Positions 9,842-19,824 of a stretch of DNA of 64,000 bases are shown here, in pieces (position 1 is the first letter of the stretch; each line of letters starts with the position of its first letter). Source of the DNA: Candidatus Methanosuratincola sp. (GTDB lineage: Archaea > Thermoproteota > Methanomethylicia > Methanomethylicales > Methanomethylicaceae); the NCBI GenBank assembly GCA_037478935.1, contig JBBFLR010000006.1, positions 2,865 to 66,864 of the forward strand, written 5' to 3'. The notes under the pieces are model-generated. The model was given only the letters and a program-made list of their open reading frames with translations, searched no databases and was not told the origin of the DNA. A program made the position numbers and the translations under genes.

Positions 9842-10396
9842 ATGCCCCTCGCCTCAATCAAGTCCAGGTTCCTCCTCCTTTCCTTGTCGCTCTTCTACAA
9901 TGCGGCTTTCGTAGACCGCGTCTGGACCGACCCGAAAATGAGGCGGACGCTTGCAGGCGTTATGGGGACCTTGCTCATAGGGACCTCCGCAGCCGTCTAC
10001 TCCGTTGACCGACTCTTCTTCTCGACCAGCACGTCCCCATATTCCGACTTCGGCATATTTTTTGGGCTGATCCTCTTCCTGGTTGGAGGATGGAAGGGGG
10101 GGATGGTGATCGCCTTCGATATTGAGCGGTCTTGGGGCATCTTGAAGTCAAAGAGGACCGTTCTTTGCTTTCTCGATGATCCAATGCAGTCCTCTGCTTA
10201 CATAGAAGGAGTGCTGACCGCATCACAGGACCTCGGCGCGGAGAATGGTTTAAAAGTGTCCAAGTATTTGATGTTCGCAGCAGAGATATGGGCTGACTCC
10301 ATGGCCAGAAAGGGTCTGGTAAGGCTGGAACGAGCCCTTGAGAATGGCGACATGGGTGATATGATTGCCAATAAGAGTCTTGTGTCATCAATGTAA
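9842..10396 (+). CDS. Hypothetical membrane protein
   Basis: ATG at 9842 follows a TATA-like CTTAATAC about 30 nt upstream. Two clear TM segments (TLAGVMGTLLIGTSAAVYSV, FGIFFGLILFLVGGW) precede a soluble C-terminus. No family recognised. Confidence 0.4.
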   Translation: MPLASIKSRFLLLSLSLFYNAAFVDRVWTDPKMRRTLAGVMGTLLIGTSAAVYSVDRLFFSTSTSPYSDFGIFFGLILFLVGGWKGGMVIAFDIERSWGILKSKRTVLCFLDDPMQSSAYIEGVLTASQDLGAENGLKVSKYLMFAAEIWADSMARKGLVRLERALENGDMGDMIANKSLVSSM

Positions 10397-10571
10397 GGCT
10401 GTACTCTACGAAGATCCTGAACTCGTCTCCCCAAAAGAGATACTCGAGAAGAACAACGGTCGGTGCCCGAAGTGCTCATCACCATTAAGCTTCGACTCGA
10501 ACAGCCTGAGGATCTCAATTTCGGACGAGAAAAAGCGCGGCCTATTGAAGCTATTCCAGAAGGACGTCTGA
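10365..10571 (+). CDS. Small zinc-ribbon protein
   Basis: CHQC...(23 aa)...CPKC pattern. TTG start at 10365, or alternatively at 10380. Confidence 0.4.
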   Translation: MPIRVLCHQCKAVLYEDPELVSPKEILEKNNGRCPKCSSPLSFDSNSLRISISDEKKRGLLKLFQKDV

Positions 10572-10679
10572 ACTATCCGACCAGACTCGTTGCCCAACAG
10601 CGCTCTGCTACGGTCTTGAATCAAGGATTTCGACCCATAAATAAAAATAGCAATACGCAGAAATCGGATAGAGGGTATC

Positions 10680-11090
10680 GTGATGTCGGACTTCATTGAT
10701 ATCGCGGGGAACTTGGTTAAGAAGGGGTTGAAGTATGCCAAGACTCATGAATGGATCGACCTCTCATCCTCGCCTTCGGTGGTAGGCGTTTCGGACTTTG
10801 CCCAGAGGAGCCTCCACGATGTTGTGTATGCCGACCTTCCGAAGATCGGTCAGAAAGTCAAGCGAGGCTCGACTCTCTGCACACTCGAGTCGATCAAGGC
10901 AGTCGCAGAGGTCTACTCTCCCGCGGACGGCGTGGTGGTTGAGGTCAATTCAGAGCTCGAGAGCAAGCCTGAGCTAGTCAACAAAGATCCGTATGGGACC
11001 GGATGGCTGGTCAAACTTCAGGTCACAGGCGGAACGGAGGGTCTGCTCGGGGCCGAGGAGTACTCCGATCTGGTGAGGAAGCAGATCTGA
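10680..11090 (+). CDS. gcvH: Glycine cleavage system H protein (lipoyl carrier)
   Basis: YAKTHEWI...GVSDFAQ...LESIKAVAEVYSPADG (lipoyl-Lys context)...DPYGTGWL. GTG/ATG start at 10680/10683 lies behind the TATA-like ATAAATAAAAATA. Confidence 0.9.
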   Translation: MMSDFIDIAGNLVKKGLKYAKTHEWIDLSSSPSVVGVSDFAQRSLHDVVYADLPKIGQKVKRGSTLCTLESIKAVAEVYSPADGVVVEVNSELESKPELVNKDPYGTGWLVKLQVTGGTEGLLGAEEYSDLVRKQI

Positions 11091-11120
11091 CGCTTCTTCC
11101 GCCCCTCGCCCGTCCGGACG

Positions 11121-12302
11121 TCATTCCGTCCCTACGACCCTCATTATCTTGGCATAATTGTAATCCACAACCACCCTTATAGTCCCGGATAAAAGGGAGT
11201 CTAGTTCGGGGTCTCCCGTGTCGACCCTCAGCAATCTGATATTCCTCAATTTATCCCTTGTAGCTATCACGACGAGGTTTTCCCTCCCTACTGCCCTGAT
11301 CACCCTCGGACTTATCTGCTGGTTCCCCCTCCCGAAGATGAATCCCTGATTCCCTATCGGAGAGACGATTATCTTTGCTTTCCCGTCTCTGACATTCCTG
11401 AAGACGACCTCCTCCGGGGCGTCCGCTGCGACAAGTGCCCCGTCCCTTATGATGTCGACACCGAGCTGCGATCCATCGATGCCCAAGACTTGGTTTATCC
11501 TCTTGACTGTGCTGCCCGGGCCAAGCACATAGGCCACGCCCCCCTCCATCCCCTCGACTACCCACTCCGCTATCGCCATGGCGTTTTCGATGACGTCATC
11601 ACTCGACTGCGTCGCAACCTTCAGGCCCTGTACCCTCTCTGGGTCGTAGGGGACACTCATATACCCGTATATTCTGGACGAGACCCTCCCCTGCCTGAAG
11701 TCCTCCTCGTCCACGTCCGCCACCTCCGCCTCCTTTAGGGGGAGTTCGCCCCAAAGGAACCTCACAAGGATCCATGCAGCCGCCTCTGGGCTCACCGCGA
11801 AGACCCCGCTATGCATCTTGACTCCTGCGGGTATGCCGATGACCGGCACATCCTCCCCGACCGTGTCGAAGATGTCCCTTGCGGTCCCGTCCCCGCCGCA
11901 GAAAACAATCACCCCGACCCCTTCTTCAAGCATCTTTTTAGCCGCCAGCCTGGTGTCTTCGCTAGTCGTCCTCTCCTTCCTCTCCATCCCCCGCAAAATC
12001 CTGAATGGTAGCGCCGCCCTCATGAACGCATCTTCCCCCATCTCGCCTGGACAGGTGAGGAAATCGATCGCTGCTCCAAAGGGCTTCAACTTCTCTAGGA
12101 ACCTCGCCGCCCTATTGACTGACACCTTAACGGCACCGAGTTGGACGGCCCTCTCGACCAAACCGTCTGTGCCCTTCAACCCTACCGCTCCCCCCATGCC
12201 TGCCACGGGGTTGACGATCAGCCCCGCCCTCCTGATGCCAGACACGGTGTTCTCGCCCCTCTTGACCGCTCGGGGGACGGTCGCTGCGTCAGATCCTCTC
12301 AA
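11121..12302 (-). CDS. ATP-NAD kinase-like protein (COG3199-type)
   Basis: GLIVNPVAGMGGAVGLKGTDG and VIVFCGGDGTARDI motifs of the NAD kinase / diacylglycerol kinase fold. The ORF start overlaps the ileS stop by 14 nt, so the true start is uncertain. Confidence 0.65.
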   Translation of the reverse strand: MRGSDAATVPRAVKRGENTVSGIRRAGLIVNPVAGMGGAVGLKGTDGLVERAVQLGAVKVSVNRAARFLEKLKPFGAAIDFLTCPGEMGEDAFMRAALPFRILRGMERKERTTSEDTRLAAKKMLEEGVGVIVFCGGDGTARDIFDTVGEDVPVIGIPAGVKMHSGVFAVSPEAAAWILVRFLWGELPLKEAEVADVDEEDFRQGRVSSRIYGYMSVPYDPERVQGLKVATQSSDDVIENAMAIAEWVVEGMEGGVAYVLGPGSTVKRINQVLGIDGSQLGVDIIRDGALVAADAPEEVVFRNVRDGKAKIIVSPIGNQGFIFGRGNQQISPRVIRAVGRENLVVIATRDKLRNIRLLRVDTGDPELDSLLSGTIRVVVDYNYAKIMRVVGTE

Positions 12303-15300
12303 TGCTTATTACGTACTTCTCTCCATCGATCTCCCACGCTTCGGGGGCTCCAAAATCCGGTTCCTGCAGCGATATCCTGAGCTCCTTTGCCCTGACTTCG
12401 CCTGCAATCTCTGTAGCCCTGCTCTCGAGTGCCCTTCTAGCATCCTCCGACGGCACACTCACGAAGGCTCTGATGTAGTCGTCAACGTTCAGGTCGGCAC
12501 GCTTTCTCATCTCCTGGATCCTCCTCACAATGTCCCTGGCAAGACCCTCGGCAAGCAGTTCTTCGCTCTTCGTGGTGTCGATGAAGATCTCCCCATACTT
12601 GCACCTCTCGCTTATGTAGTTTTCAGGGAGCCTCTCCTGGAAGCTGACATAATCCTTCCTGACCTCTACTCTGCCCACTCCCTCCACCTCTACCGAGACG
12701 CCCTCCCCCTTCTCGAATGCTGCCATCACTTCCTTCCCGTTGAGGGTACTGATCGCGCGCTCAACCAGTCCGCTCCTCTCCCTGAAGACCGGGCCGAGGA
12801 TCGGTCTGTTGGGGACGAGGATCACATCCTTCATCTTCACCCCTTCCTCGGGGGTTATTACTTCCACTTCCTTCACATTCGCTTGATCCTCTATGACTCC
12901 CCTCATTCTCTCGACCGCAGCCTTAACCGACCCGCTGCCGGTCACCACCTTCATCCTGAGGAGCGGAATCCTCGTCTTTATCCTGGCGGCCTGCCTTGCG
13001 CTGAATGAAGCCTCTATCACCTCCTTTACCACCTTCATCTCCTCCTCAAGGTTCGGATCAATCCTCTCCTTTGAAGGGGAGGGCCACTTTGTCATGTGGA
13101 CGCTCTCCGGCATACCCTCGAGTCCGGCAAAGACGTGCTTGTAGATCTCCTCCGATACGAAAGGCACTATCGGAGCGATCAATTTCAGGTAATTGAAGAG
13201 GACATGGCTGAGGGTGGCATAGACGGCTATCTTGTCCGGGTCCTCCTCCTCCGTCCACGTCCTCCTCCTGATCAGTTTTATGTACCACCTGCTGACGTCG
13301 TCCCTCATGAACCCCTCGAGGTCTCTCACCGCATCGAATACCCTGCACCCCTCCATCGCCTCGGTGACCCTGTTGATCAGCCCCTCAAGCTTCGAGATTA
13401 TCCACTTATCCTCCAGCCGCAAATGCCTCTCTATGGTCCCGATCGTGTGTTTCCCCGGGTCGAAATTGTCGAGGTTCATGTAAAGGCTGGCGAAGTAATA
13501 GGTGCTCCATAGGATATTGAGGAATCGTGCAGTCTCCTCTATCTCCTTCCAAGTGAACCTGAGGTCCTCCCAGGTGGTGCATCCGAGCTCATACCATCTC
13601 AATGTGTCCCTGCCGAACTTCTCTATCACCTCCTCCGGGAAGACGACGTTCCCGAGGGACTTGTGCATCGCCCGGCCGTCTTGGGCTGTCGTGAATCCGT
13701 GCATCAAAACCCTCTTGTACGGAGCTTCGTTGAAGAACACAACGCTACAGATCATGAGGGTGTAGAACCATCCTCTCGTCTGGTCCTGCCCCTCAAGGAT
13801 AAGATCTGCGGGCCACCACTTCCCGAATTCCTCTTGGTTCTTAGGGTAGCCCAGGCACGCGAACGAAGCAGATCCGGAGTCCATCCAGACGTCCGCGACG
13901 TCTGGTACCCTTTGCATATCCCCGCCGCATTCGCACCTCAGCTTTATCCTGTCAACCCAAGGGCGGTGGGGCTCGATTTCGCCGGATCCGGGGGCATTCT
14001 CCTTGAGTTCGCCTATGGATCCGATGACGCGGTGTTTGCCGCATGAGTTGCAGACCCAGATCGGGAGCGGTATCCCCCAGTACCTCTGCCTTGATATCAC
14101 CCAATCCTTCGCGTTCTTTATCCAGTTGCCAAACCTTGCCTTGCCTGCCCAGTCGGGTATCCACTCTACCTTCTCGTTCTCTTCCAGTAGCCGCTCCTTC
14201 AGGTCGGTGACCTTTATGAACCACTGCGAGGCGGTCCTGAGGATCAGGGGCGTCTTGCACCTCCAGCAGTGGGGATACCTGTGCCTCGTTTTCTCAGTCT
14301 TAAAGAGGAGCCCCTTCTCCTTGAGATCTTTGATTATCTCCCCGTTGGTCTCCCTGACGCTCTTCCCGGCGTACTTCCCTGCCTCCTCGGTGAAAAGCCC
14401 GCGCTCGTCCACAGGGCAGAAGTCAGGAAGCCCATACTCCTCGCCTACGGTATGGTCCTCCTCTCCGTGGCCGGGCGCTGTGTGGACGCAGCCAGTGCCC
14501 TCCTCCAGCGTAACGAACTGGTCGCTCAGCACAACGAAATGCGCAGGGCTCAGCCTTGACTGCTCTGGCACTTCTTCCAGGAGTGGTGCCCTGTACCTCA
14601 GCCCCCTCAGGTACGAGCCGGGAAACCTCTCAACGACCTCGTACGCCCTCCCCAAGTCGGAGAAAACATGGTCGAGCCTAGCTTCCGCAAGTATGTATGT
14701 CTCACTCCCAGATCTTACGCGTACATACATGAAATCAGGATGCACCATTACAGCTGCGTTCGCTGGCAGCGTCCACGGTGTCGTGGTCCAGATCAGTATG
14801 TACTCGTCCTCCTTCCCCTCGACCTTGAACTTTACGTAAATGGACTCCTCCTCCAGCTCCCTGTACTCGTCGGTCACCTCGTACCCTGCGAGCACCGTCT
14901 CGCACCTCGGGCACCAATGAACGACCTTCTTACCCTTGCCGAGGAGCCCCCTATCGTCTGCCCTCTTCAGCATTGCCCAGACCGATTCGATGTAATAGTC
15001 GTCGATAGTCCTGTAGGGCGAGTCCCAGTCCATCCAGACCCCGAGGTTCTCGAACTGCCTCGTCGCGATCTGGAGGTTCTCAAGGGCAAAAGACTTGCAT
15101 GCCTTTATGAAGTTCTCTATCCCCATCGTTTCTATCTCTTTCTTGCTCTTTATGCCGATCTTCTTCTCGACCATCACTTCTATGGGTAGGCCGTGCATGT
15201 CAAATCCTGGCTGGTCTCTAACCCTGAAACCGTTCATCCTGTAGAATCTGATGTAGGCGTCCTTTAGTATCTTGTTCCATGCCGTGCCGACATGTATCGG

Positions 15301-15456
15301 GTTAGTCACATACGGAGGGCCGTCCAAGAAGTAGAACTTCCCTTGGCCCATCTTCCTCACCTTCTCCTCGACTCCCGTCTCCTGCCAGTACTTGAAGACC
15401 CCTTCCTCTACAACCTTTGATTTGTAGTCCTTTGGCATCTTTCCGATCCGAGACAT
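12289..15456 (-). CDS. ileS: Isoleucyl-tRNA synthetase
   Basis: 1055 aa with a class I HIGH-type motif (PPYVTNPIHVGTAWN), KMSKS-type HKSLGN, and a CP1 editing domain with zinc-binding Cys pairs. Confidence 0.97.
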   Translation of the reverse strand: MSRIGKMPKDYKSKVVEEGVFKYWQETGVEEKVRKMGQGKFYFLDGPPYVTNPIHVGTAWNKILKDAYIRFYRMNGFRVRDQPGFDMHGLPIEVMVEKKIGIKSKKEIETMGIENFIKACKSFALENLQIATRQFENLGVWMDWDSPYRTIDDYYIESVWAMLKRADDRGLLGKGKKVVHWCPRCETVLAGYEVTDEYRELEEESIYVKFKVEGKEDEYILIWTTTPWTLPANAAVMVHPDFMYVRVRSGSETYILAEARLDHVFSDLGRAYEVVERFPGSYLRGLRYRAPLLEEVPEQSRLSPAHFVVLSDQFVTLEEGTGCVHTAPGHGEEDHTVGEEYGLPDFCPVDERGLFTEEAGKYAGKSVRETNGEIIKDLKEKGLLFKTEKTRHRYPHCWRCKTPLILRTASQWFIKVTDLKERLLEENEKVEWIPDWAGKARFGNWIKNAKDWVISRQRYWGIPLPIWVCNSCGKHRVIGSIGELKENAPGSGEIEPHRPWVDRIKLRCECGGDMQRVPDVADVWMDSGSASFACLGYPKNQEEFGKWWPADLILEGQDQTRGWFYTLMICSVVFFNEAPYKRVLMHGFTTAQDGRAMHKSLGNVVFPEEVIEKFGRDTLRWYELGCTTWEDLRFTWKEIEETARFLNILWSTYYFASLYMNLDNFDPGKHTIGTIERHLRLEDKWIISKLEGLINRVTEAMEGCRVFDAVRDLEGFMRDDVSRWYIKLIRRRTWTEEEDPDKIAVYATLSHVLFNYLKLIAPIVPFVSEEIYKHVFAGLEGMPESVHMTKWPSPSKERIDPNLEEEMKVVKEVIEASFSARQAARIKTRIPLLRMKVVTGSGSVKAAVERMRGVIEDQANVKEVEVITPEEGVKMKDVILVPNRPILGPVFRERSGLVERAISTLNGKEVMAAFEKGEGVSVEVEGVGRVEVRKDYVSFQERLPENYISERCKYGEIFIDTTKSEELLAEGLARDIVRRIQEMRKRADLNVDDYIRAFVSVPSEDARRALESRATEIAGEVRAKELRISLQEPDFGAPEAWEIDGEKYVISIERI

Positions 15457-15607
15457 GCCGTCTACCCCAGATACCTGAAATCTTCAGCCGCTTCGATATT
15501 AACCCTTTCCTTGATCACCCCGTCCGGTCTTGAGCCCGTATCCGTTAATAACACCATAGGGTTTAAATTATTCCCAGAATAAGGTCAATTGTTTTGGTGC
15601 ATCAACA

Positions 15608-17638
15608 ATGAACCGTCAGGTAAACTCCCCTTTGAGGGGAAAATTTGGTATCGACGACCTCCTGGTCTACACCTCTCTTATCGCATTGCTCGCTTTCGGC
15701 GTAGCCATACGCCTCCTCCCCCTTAAGTGGGGGATTTACCTCGATGAATTTGACCCTTACATCCAGTATAAGGGAGCCCAGTACATCGTGGAGAACGGCT
15801 TCAGCGCATGGTATACTTGGTTTGACCCCACCAGGTGGGCACCCTGGGGTACCGATCAGTCCACAGCTGGGCTGCCGGGGGTTCCCTTCGCAGGTGCCGC
15901 CGTGTATCTGTTGCTGAACTTCCTTGGTATAAACGTCCCTCTCTTCGATACAGTCGTCTTCTTCCCAGTCTTCGCCGGTGGAGTGATCATTCTCTTGGGC
16001 TATTTCCTCGGAAAGGAGCTTGTGAACAGAGGGGTGGGGCTGCTCACATCCCTGGTACTGGCAATCGACTCTACCGCCATCCAGCGGACCTCGCTCGGCT
16101 TCTTCGATACCGAGTCAGTCGGGATGATCGGGATGCTCGTTGCTTTGCTCTTCTTCGTCAAGTCCCTCCGCGGCAGGACGGTTCCCTTCGCCGTAGTGTC
16201 TGGGCTCGGGCTCGCCCTGATGGCCATCTCGTGGAGGGCATTCCTCTACACGATTAACTTCCTCGCGCTCTACGTGGTCATAATGGTTCTGCTCGGAAGG
16301 TGGAACAGGCGCATGACCACCTCTTTTGCAATCGTATCCTCAATAACACTACTTGCAGTCGCTGCGACTCCTGCTTACGGACTCTCAACCCTTCTTTCCC
16401 CGTACACAATAGGAGCATACGTAGCGTTTCTCGTATGCATAATAAGGACGCTAGCCGAGGAGATACCGGACCCTGCAAAGCGGACAAAGTTTACCTTAGG
16501 CGTGATCGCCTCAGTCCTTATTGTGGCTGGTGCTCTCACGTTTTCAGGTGTGCTCGGAGACATAACTGGAAAGTTCTTATCCATCGTGAACCCATTCTCG
16601 CGCTTGGACGAGGGGGTCAGGACCGTCGGGGAGCAATTCCCGTCAACCTGGTCGCAATTCTACTCGACATACCGCTCCCTGATACTCCTGCTGCCGGTAG
16701 GGATCCTCTACGCAATGAGGCGGCTAAGCGGCGAAGCTGTATTCATAACGCTCTTTGCAGTCACTTCCCTCTACGGTGCCGGATCCTTTGTACGACTTCT
16801 GATACTTGTCGCCCCTGCCTTGGCCATAGCCTCCGGGTATGCCCTTGACTCTATAATTAAGACGGTCCGCCCTGTTCTTAAGCAGGAGCTGGACCGAAAG
16901 AGCAAGGCCTCCCTGCTCAGCAAGTACTACGGGTTCTTCACTATCGCCATCATCGCAGCGACGATGGTGCCCGTCATTGCGGACTCACCTGGGATCAGAT
17001 CTGCAGACCGCCCTGCAATGATAGTTTCGGCCTCGACTGGGATACGCCAGGAGATCCCTGACTGGATAGAGGCCCTCGCTTGGATGAGGGACAACATCCC
17101 TCAGGATGCGATTGTCGGGTGCTGGTGGGACTATGGATACTGGATAAACATAATGGCAAACAAGTCCGTGATTAGCGACAATGCCACCATCAACGGGACC
17201 CAAATTACCGATATAGCGAGAGCATTTCTCAACAACGAGTCAGTCTCACTCGAGATCTTCAGGGCCATGAACGTCTCTTATGTCGTGGTCTACGAGCCAT
17301 TCACACTCGTATCGACAAACCCGCCGCTCGCCCTACCTCCATGGTACGTGCTAGGGGATTTTGAGAAGTCCACTGCCATGATGGTCTGGGCGGGCTACAA
17401 CTCCTCCGAATATATCTCCCCTGTGACGATAAACCTGGGGGGAACCCTTTACAGCTACCCGCTACCAGCCGGGCCAAAAGCTGCAAACACAACGCTGTAC
17501 CAACTGCTCTTCTATCCATACAGGGAGGCATACAACCAGACTCTAGGGATCCGGATATCTGCCCCCCAGAACTACCAGCTCGTCTACATCTCCCCTAGCA
17601 ACGGGTGGGTCATGGTATACAAGATCAATTATCCCTGA
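15608..17638 (+). CDS. aglB: Archaeal oligosaccharyltransferase AglB (STT3 family)
   Basis: About 13 TM segments followed by the WWDYGYWI catalytic motif and a soluble C-terminal domain. Confidence 0.9.
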   Translation: MNRQVNSPLRGKFGIDDLLVYTSLIALLAFGVAIRLLPLKWGIYLDEFDPYIQYKGAQYIVENGFSAWYTWFDPTRWAPWGTDQSTAGLPGVPFAGAAVYLLLNFLGINVPLFDTVVFFPVFAGGVIILLGYFLGKELVNRGVGLLTSLVLAIDSTAIQRTSLGFFDTESVGMIGMLVALLFFVKSLRGRTVPFAVVSGLGLALMAISWRAFLYTINFLALYVVIMVLLGRWNRRMTTSFAIVSSITLLAVAATPAYGLSTLLSPYTIGAYVAFLVCIIRTLAEEIPDPAKRTKFTLGVIASVLIVAGALTFSGVLGDITGKFLSIVNPFSRLDEGVRTVGEQFPSTWSQFYSTYRSLILLLPVGILYAMRRLSGEAVFITLFAVTSLYGAGSFVRLLILVAPALAIASGYALDSIIKTVRPVLKQELDRKSKASLLSKYYGFFTIAIIAATMVPVIADSPGIRSADRPAMIVSASTGIRQEIPDWIEALAWMRDNIPQDAIVGCWWDYGYWINIMANKSVISDNATINGTQITDIARAFLNNESVSLEIFRAMNVSYVVVYEPFTLVSTNPPLALPPWYVLGDFEKSTAMMVWAGYNSSEYISPVTINLGGTLYSYPLPAGPKAANTTLYQLLFYPYREAYNQTLGIRISAPQNYQLVYISPSNGWVMVYKINYP

Positions 17639-17697
17639 GTTTTCTCTTCACGTGGCTCGGGCTCCGCCCTTGCCCGCCCCATGACCCTTTTTCCCTC

Positions 17698-17877
17698 TTA
17701 TTCTTCCCTTTCCTTCTCGTAAATCTCTCTAAGTGCCAAGCGGAACCTGCTGTACTTGTCTTGGGGCGAGAATTTAGCGGGGTGCGGGATCCTGACCCCC
17801 ATGCCGCACCGGGGGCAGGCGTCTTGCCTCAGCGTGTACGTCCCGCATGATGTGCACTTCCTGAGCATCCCCTTCAT
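17698..17877 (-). CDS. nop10: H/ACA RNP protein Nop10 (59 aa, below the ORF-track cutoff)
   Basis: Hand translation of the minus strand gives MKGMLRKCTSCGTYTLRQDACPRCGMGVRIPHPAKFSPQDKYSRFRLALREIYEKEREE, then TAA. It has the zinc ribbon plus PHPAKFSPxDKY signature and lies directly downstream of aIF2-alpha, as in many archaea. Confidence 0.85.
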   Translation of the reverse strand: MKGMLRKCTSCGTYTLRQDACPRCGMGVRIPHPAKFSPQDKYSRFRLALREIYEKEREE

Positions 17878-17890
17878 CTGCCAAACGCCT

Positions 17891-18679
17891 CTACCGGACG
17901 AATTCGGCGGTGCCGCCAGACTTCCTGAATCTGTTCATTATTGCCTCAACCGCCGACTTCATCTGCTCCTCGGCAACCCTATAGTCCTTTGCAGAGATTT
18001 CTATCCTGTATCTGGGGGCACCAAGCGTGTACATCTCTACTTTTGCCAGTTTAGGGTCGACTGCCTTGATCCCTTCGTTGAGTGCTTTCTTGATGTCCTC
18101 GACCCCCTCCGGTGCGTTCGTGAAAAGCTTCACCTCGCCTGTTATTTGCACCATGGGTGCTTCTATGTGGTCCTTCGAGGCATCGTAGAGCGAATCTGCC
18201 CAGTCCTCGCCTATCCCTACCTCCAGGACTGCCTTAGGCCCCTTCTGGACGAGCTGCTCGAGCGCGGCATAAAGATCGCCGTACGCATCCTCGAGCGGAA
18301 TCCCCACCAGCCTGATCGCTTCCTGGGGATCCTTGCCGAGCTTCTTTGCAGCCATCTCCAGGATCTTTTCGGCCTTCTTCGCCTTCTTCCACTGGATCAG
18401 CTTCTCCTTCTTCTCCCTCTCGGTCACCTTTCTGAGCGAGAGGTCGATGTGCCCCTTCCTTTCGTCAATCCTGATCACTTTGAGGACGAGTTTTTGCCCT
18501 TCCTTCACAAAGTCCTTAATGTTCTTTACCCACGTCGAGGCGACCTCGCCTATGGGAACGTAGCCGTTCTTGCCGTACTCATCCAGGCTCACGTAAACAC
18601 CGTGTTCCTGGAGCCTGACAGCAGTCGCAATTACGAACTCCCCGATCTCTGGGTACTCCTTCTTTCTGAGAACCATCAT
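17891..18679 (-). CDS. eif2a: Translation initiation factor 2 subunit alpha (aIF2-alpha)
   Basis: An S1 domain (PEIGEFVIATAVRLQEHGVYVSLDEY...GYVPIGEVAS) followed by KGHIDLSLRKV, across the full length. Confidence 0.93.
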   Translation of the reverse strand: MMVLRKKEYPEIGEFVIATAVRLQEHGVYVSLDEYGKNGYVPIGEVASTWVKNIKDFVKEGQKLVLKVIRIDERKGHIDLSLRKVTEREKKEKLIQWKKAKKAEKILEMAAKKLGKDPQEAIRLVGIPLEDAYGDLYAALEQLVQKGPKAVLEVGIGEDWADSLYDASKDHIEAPMVQITGEVKLFTNAPEGVEDIKKALNEGIKAVDPKLAKVEMYTLGAPRYRIEISAKDYRVAEEQMKSAVEAIMNRFRKSGGTAEFVR

Positions 18680-18810
18680 TAAACACCTTGATCAATCAGC
18701 GAGTAAGTGTGACCTTTGACTTGAAGTAAGCATATCGAACATCAAGTTATAAGTTTATCCCAACAACTACAGGGCATACCTTTTGCCAGTTAAGAAAAAA
18801 TGATGGCCCT

Positions 18811-19017
18811 CTAGCTTATCTCCCTGACCTTGTCAGAGAGTATTTCGCTCTTGCCGCCGGTAGGCAGTGCCAGGTCCTTCCCGCAGATGTTGCACTTCAC
18901 GACAGTCGCAACATGTGAGAATACGCTCTGCTCGTTCCCGCACTCGGGGCACTGGACCATGTAGAACTTGCTTCTCGGTACCGGCGTGAGCATCTCTTTC
19001 CTCTTCATATCATGCAC
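18811..19017 (-). CDS. rps27e: 30S ribosomal protein S27e
   Basis: SKFYMVQCPECGNEQSVFSHVATVVKCNICG zinc ribbon. Confidence 0.9.
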   Translation of the reverse strand: MHDMKRKEMLTPVPRSKFYMVQCPECGNEQSVFSHVATVVKCNICGKDLALPTGGKSEILSDKVREIS

Positions 19018-19018
19018 C

Positions 19019-19294
19019 TCAGACTATCTCCAACTTCTTGAGCCTGATCCCTTTCCTCTGGTTCTGGTAACCGCACTTCTTGCACTTTAACTTGAGGCTC
19101 AGCTTCTTTGTCGTCTTGGCTGTCCGCTTCTGGACCGGCTTTCTGGAGCTGCCGTAACCAAGCTTCTTCCTCTCGTACCTCCTTGTGCCCTCTGCCAGCG
19201 CCCTCTCCTTGCCCTTCTTGTAAAGGGTCACGCTGTGGGCCGTGTAAACCTTGCACCTCGGACAGTACGTGTTTATCTCTTTTGGCGCCTTCAT
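19019..19294 (-). CDS. rpl44e: 50S ribosomal protein L44e
   Basis: TYCPRCKVYTAHSV...KLKCKKCGY with lysine-rich composition. Confidence 0.9.
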   Translation of the reverse strand: MKAPKEINTYCPRCKVYTAHSVTLYKKGKERALAEGTRRYERKKLGYGSSRKPVQKRTAKTTKKLSLKLKCKKCGYQNQRKGIRLKKLEIV

Positions 19295-19299
19295 CTCGA

Positions 19300-19824
19300 T
19301 TACCTCTTGATCTCCGCTGCGATCCCCCTCTTGATGAGGGCTTCAGCGTTCTGCGCTGGAAGCAGCGCTACATCCTCGGTCTTATAGGGGCCGTATGTTT
19401 TTAAATCTACCCCTACGAACGGTGGAACATCTCCGAGCAATCTGGCTAATATCTTTTTCGTACCTTCGGCAGGGGTCTGTACTGAGGGCTTCTCCTTAAA
19501 GGACCCCTTTTCGTCCTCGAGCAGCCTGCCAAGATCGAGGGTCCCTGAAAGGAAGTCCCTGCATATCTTGGACTTCCTGAGTAGCCTGAACTCCGCAAGC
19601 GCGGTCTTGGCTCTCTTCAGCTCTTCCTGCATAAGCTTCCCCCTGACGCCGTCTGCACCACCGCCGAGGTCCTCAAGGTACCTGTTAACCTCGTCGATGA
19701 ACCCGTCCGGGAGCTTTTGCAGCTCCTGGCTCCCCCTCTCTGCGATCCAGAAATCCAGTATCCTCCTGTACAACTGCGACTCACCTCGGTTCGGCAGCTC
19801 CCCTGCATATGAGGTACAGCCCAA
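19300..19824 (-). CDS. GINS subunit (Gins51/Gins15-like)
   Basis: LYRRILDFWIAERGSQELQKLPDGFIDEVNRYLEDL (A-domain-like) and a C-terminal B-domain-like DLKTYGPYKTEDVALLPAQNAEALIKRG. It lies directly downstream of priS. The ORF-track start is a TTG overlapping priS by 44 nt. An in-frame TTG at 19773, after the priS stop, is an alternative. Confidence 0.65.
   Translation of the reverse strand: MGCTSYAGELPNRGESQLYRRILDFWIAERGSQELQKLPDGFIDEVNRYLEDLGGGADGVRGKLMQEELKRAKTALAEFRLLRKSKICRDFLSGTLDLGRLLEDEKGSFKEKPSVQTPAEGTKKILARLLGDVPPFVGVDLKTYGPYKTEDVALLPAQNAEALIKRGIAAEIKR

Noticed and set aside
11818-15189. Long plus-strand ORFs (396, 278, 173, 138 aa etc.) opposite ileS and the NAD-kinase-like gene
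   Set aside because: They lie antisense to genes with unambiguous homology. Their translations are rich in P/S/L/R with no motifs. They are typical shadow ORFs of GC-rich DNA.
17756-18682. 308-aa plus-strand ORF
   Set aside because: It is antisense to aIF2-alpha and Nop10. Its composition is low-complexity and L/R/P-rich, and it has no start context.
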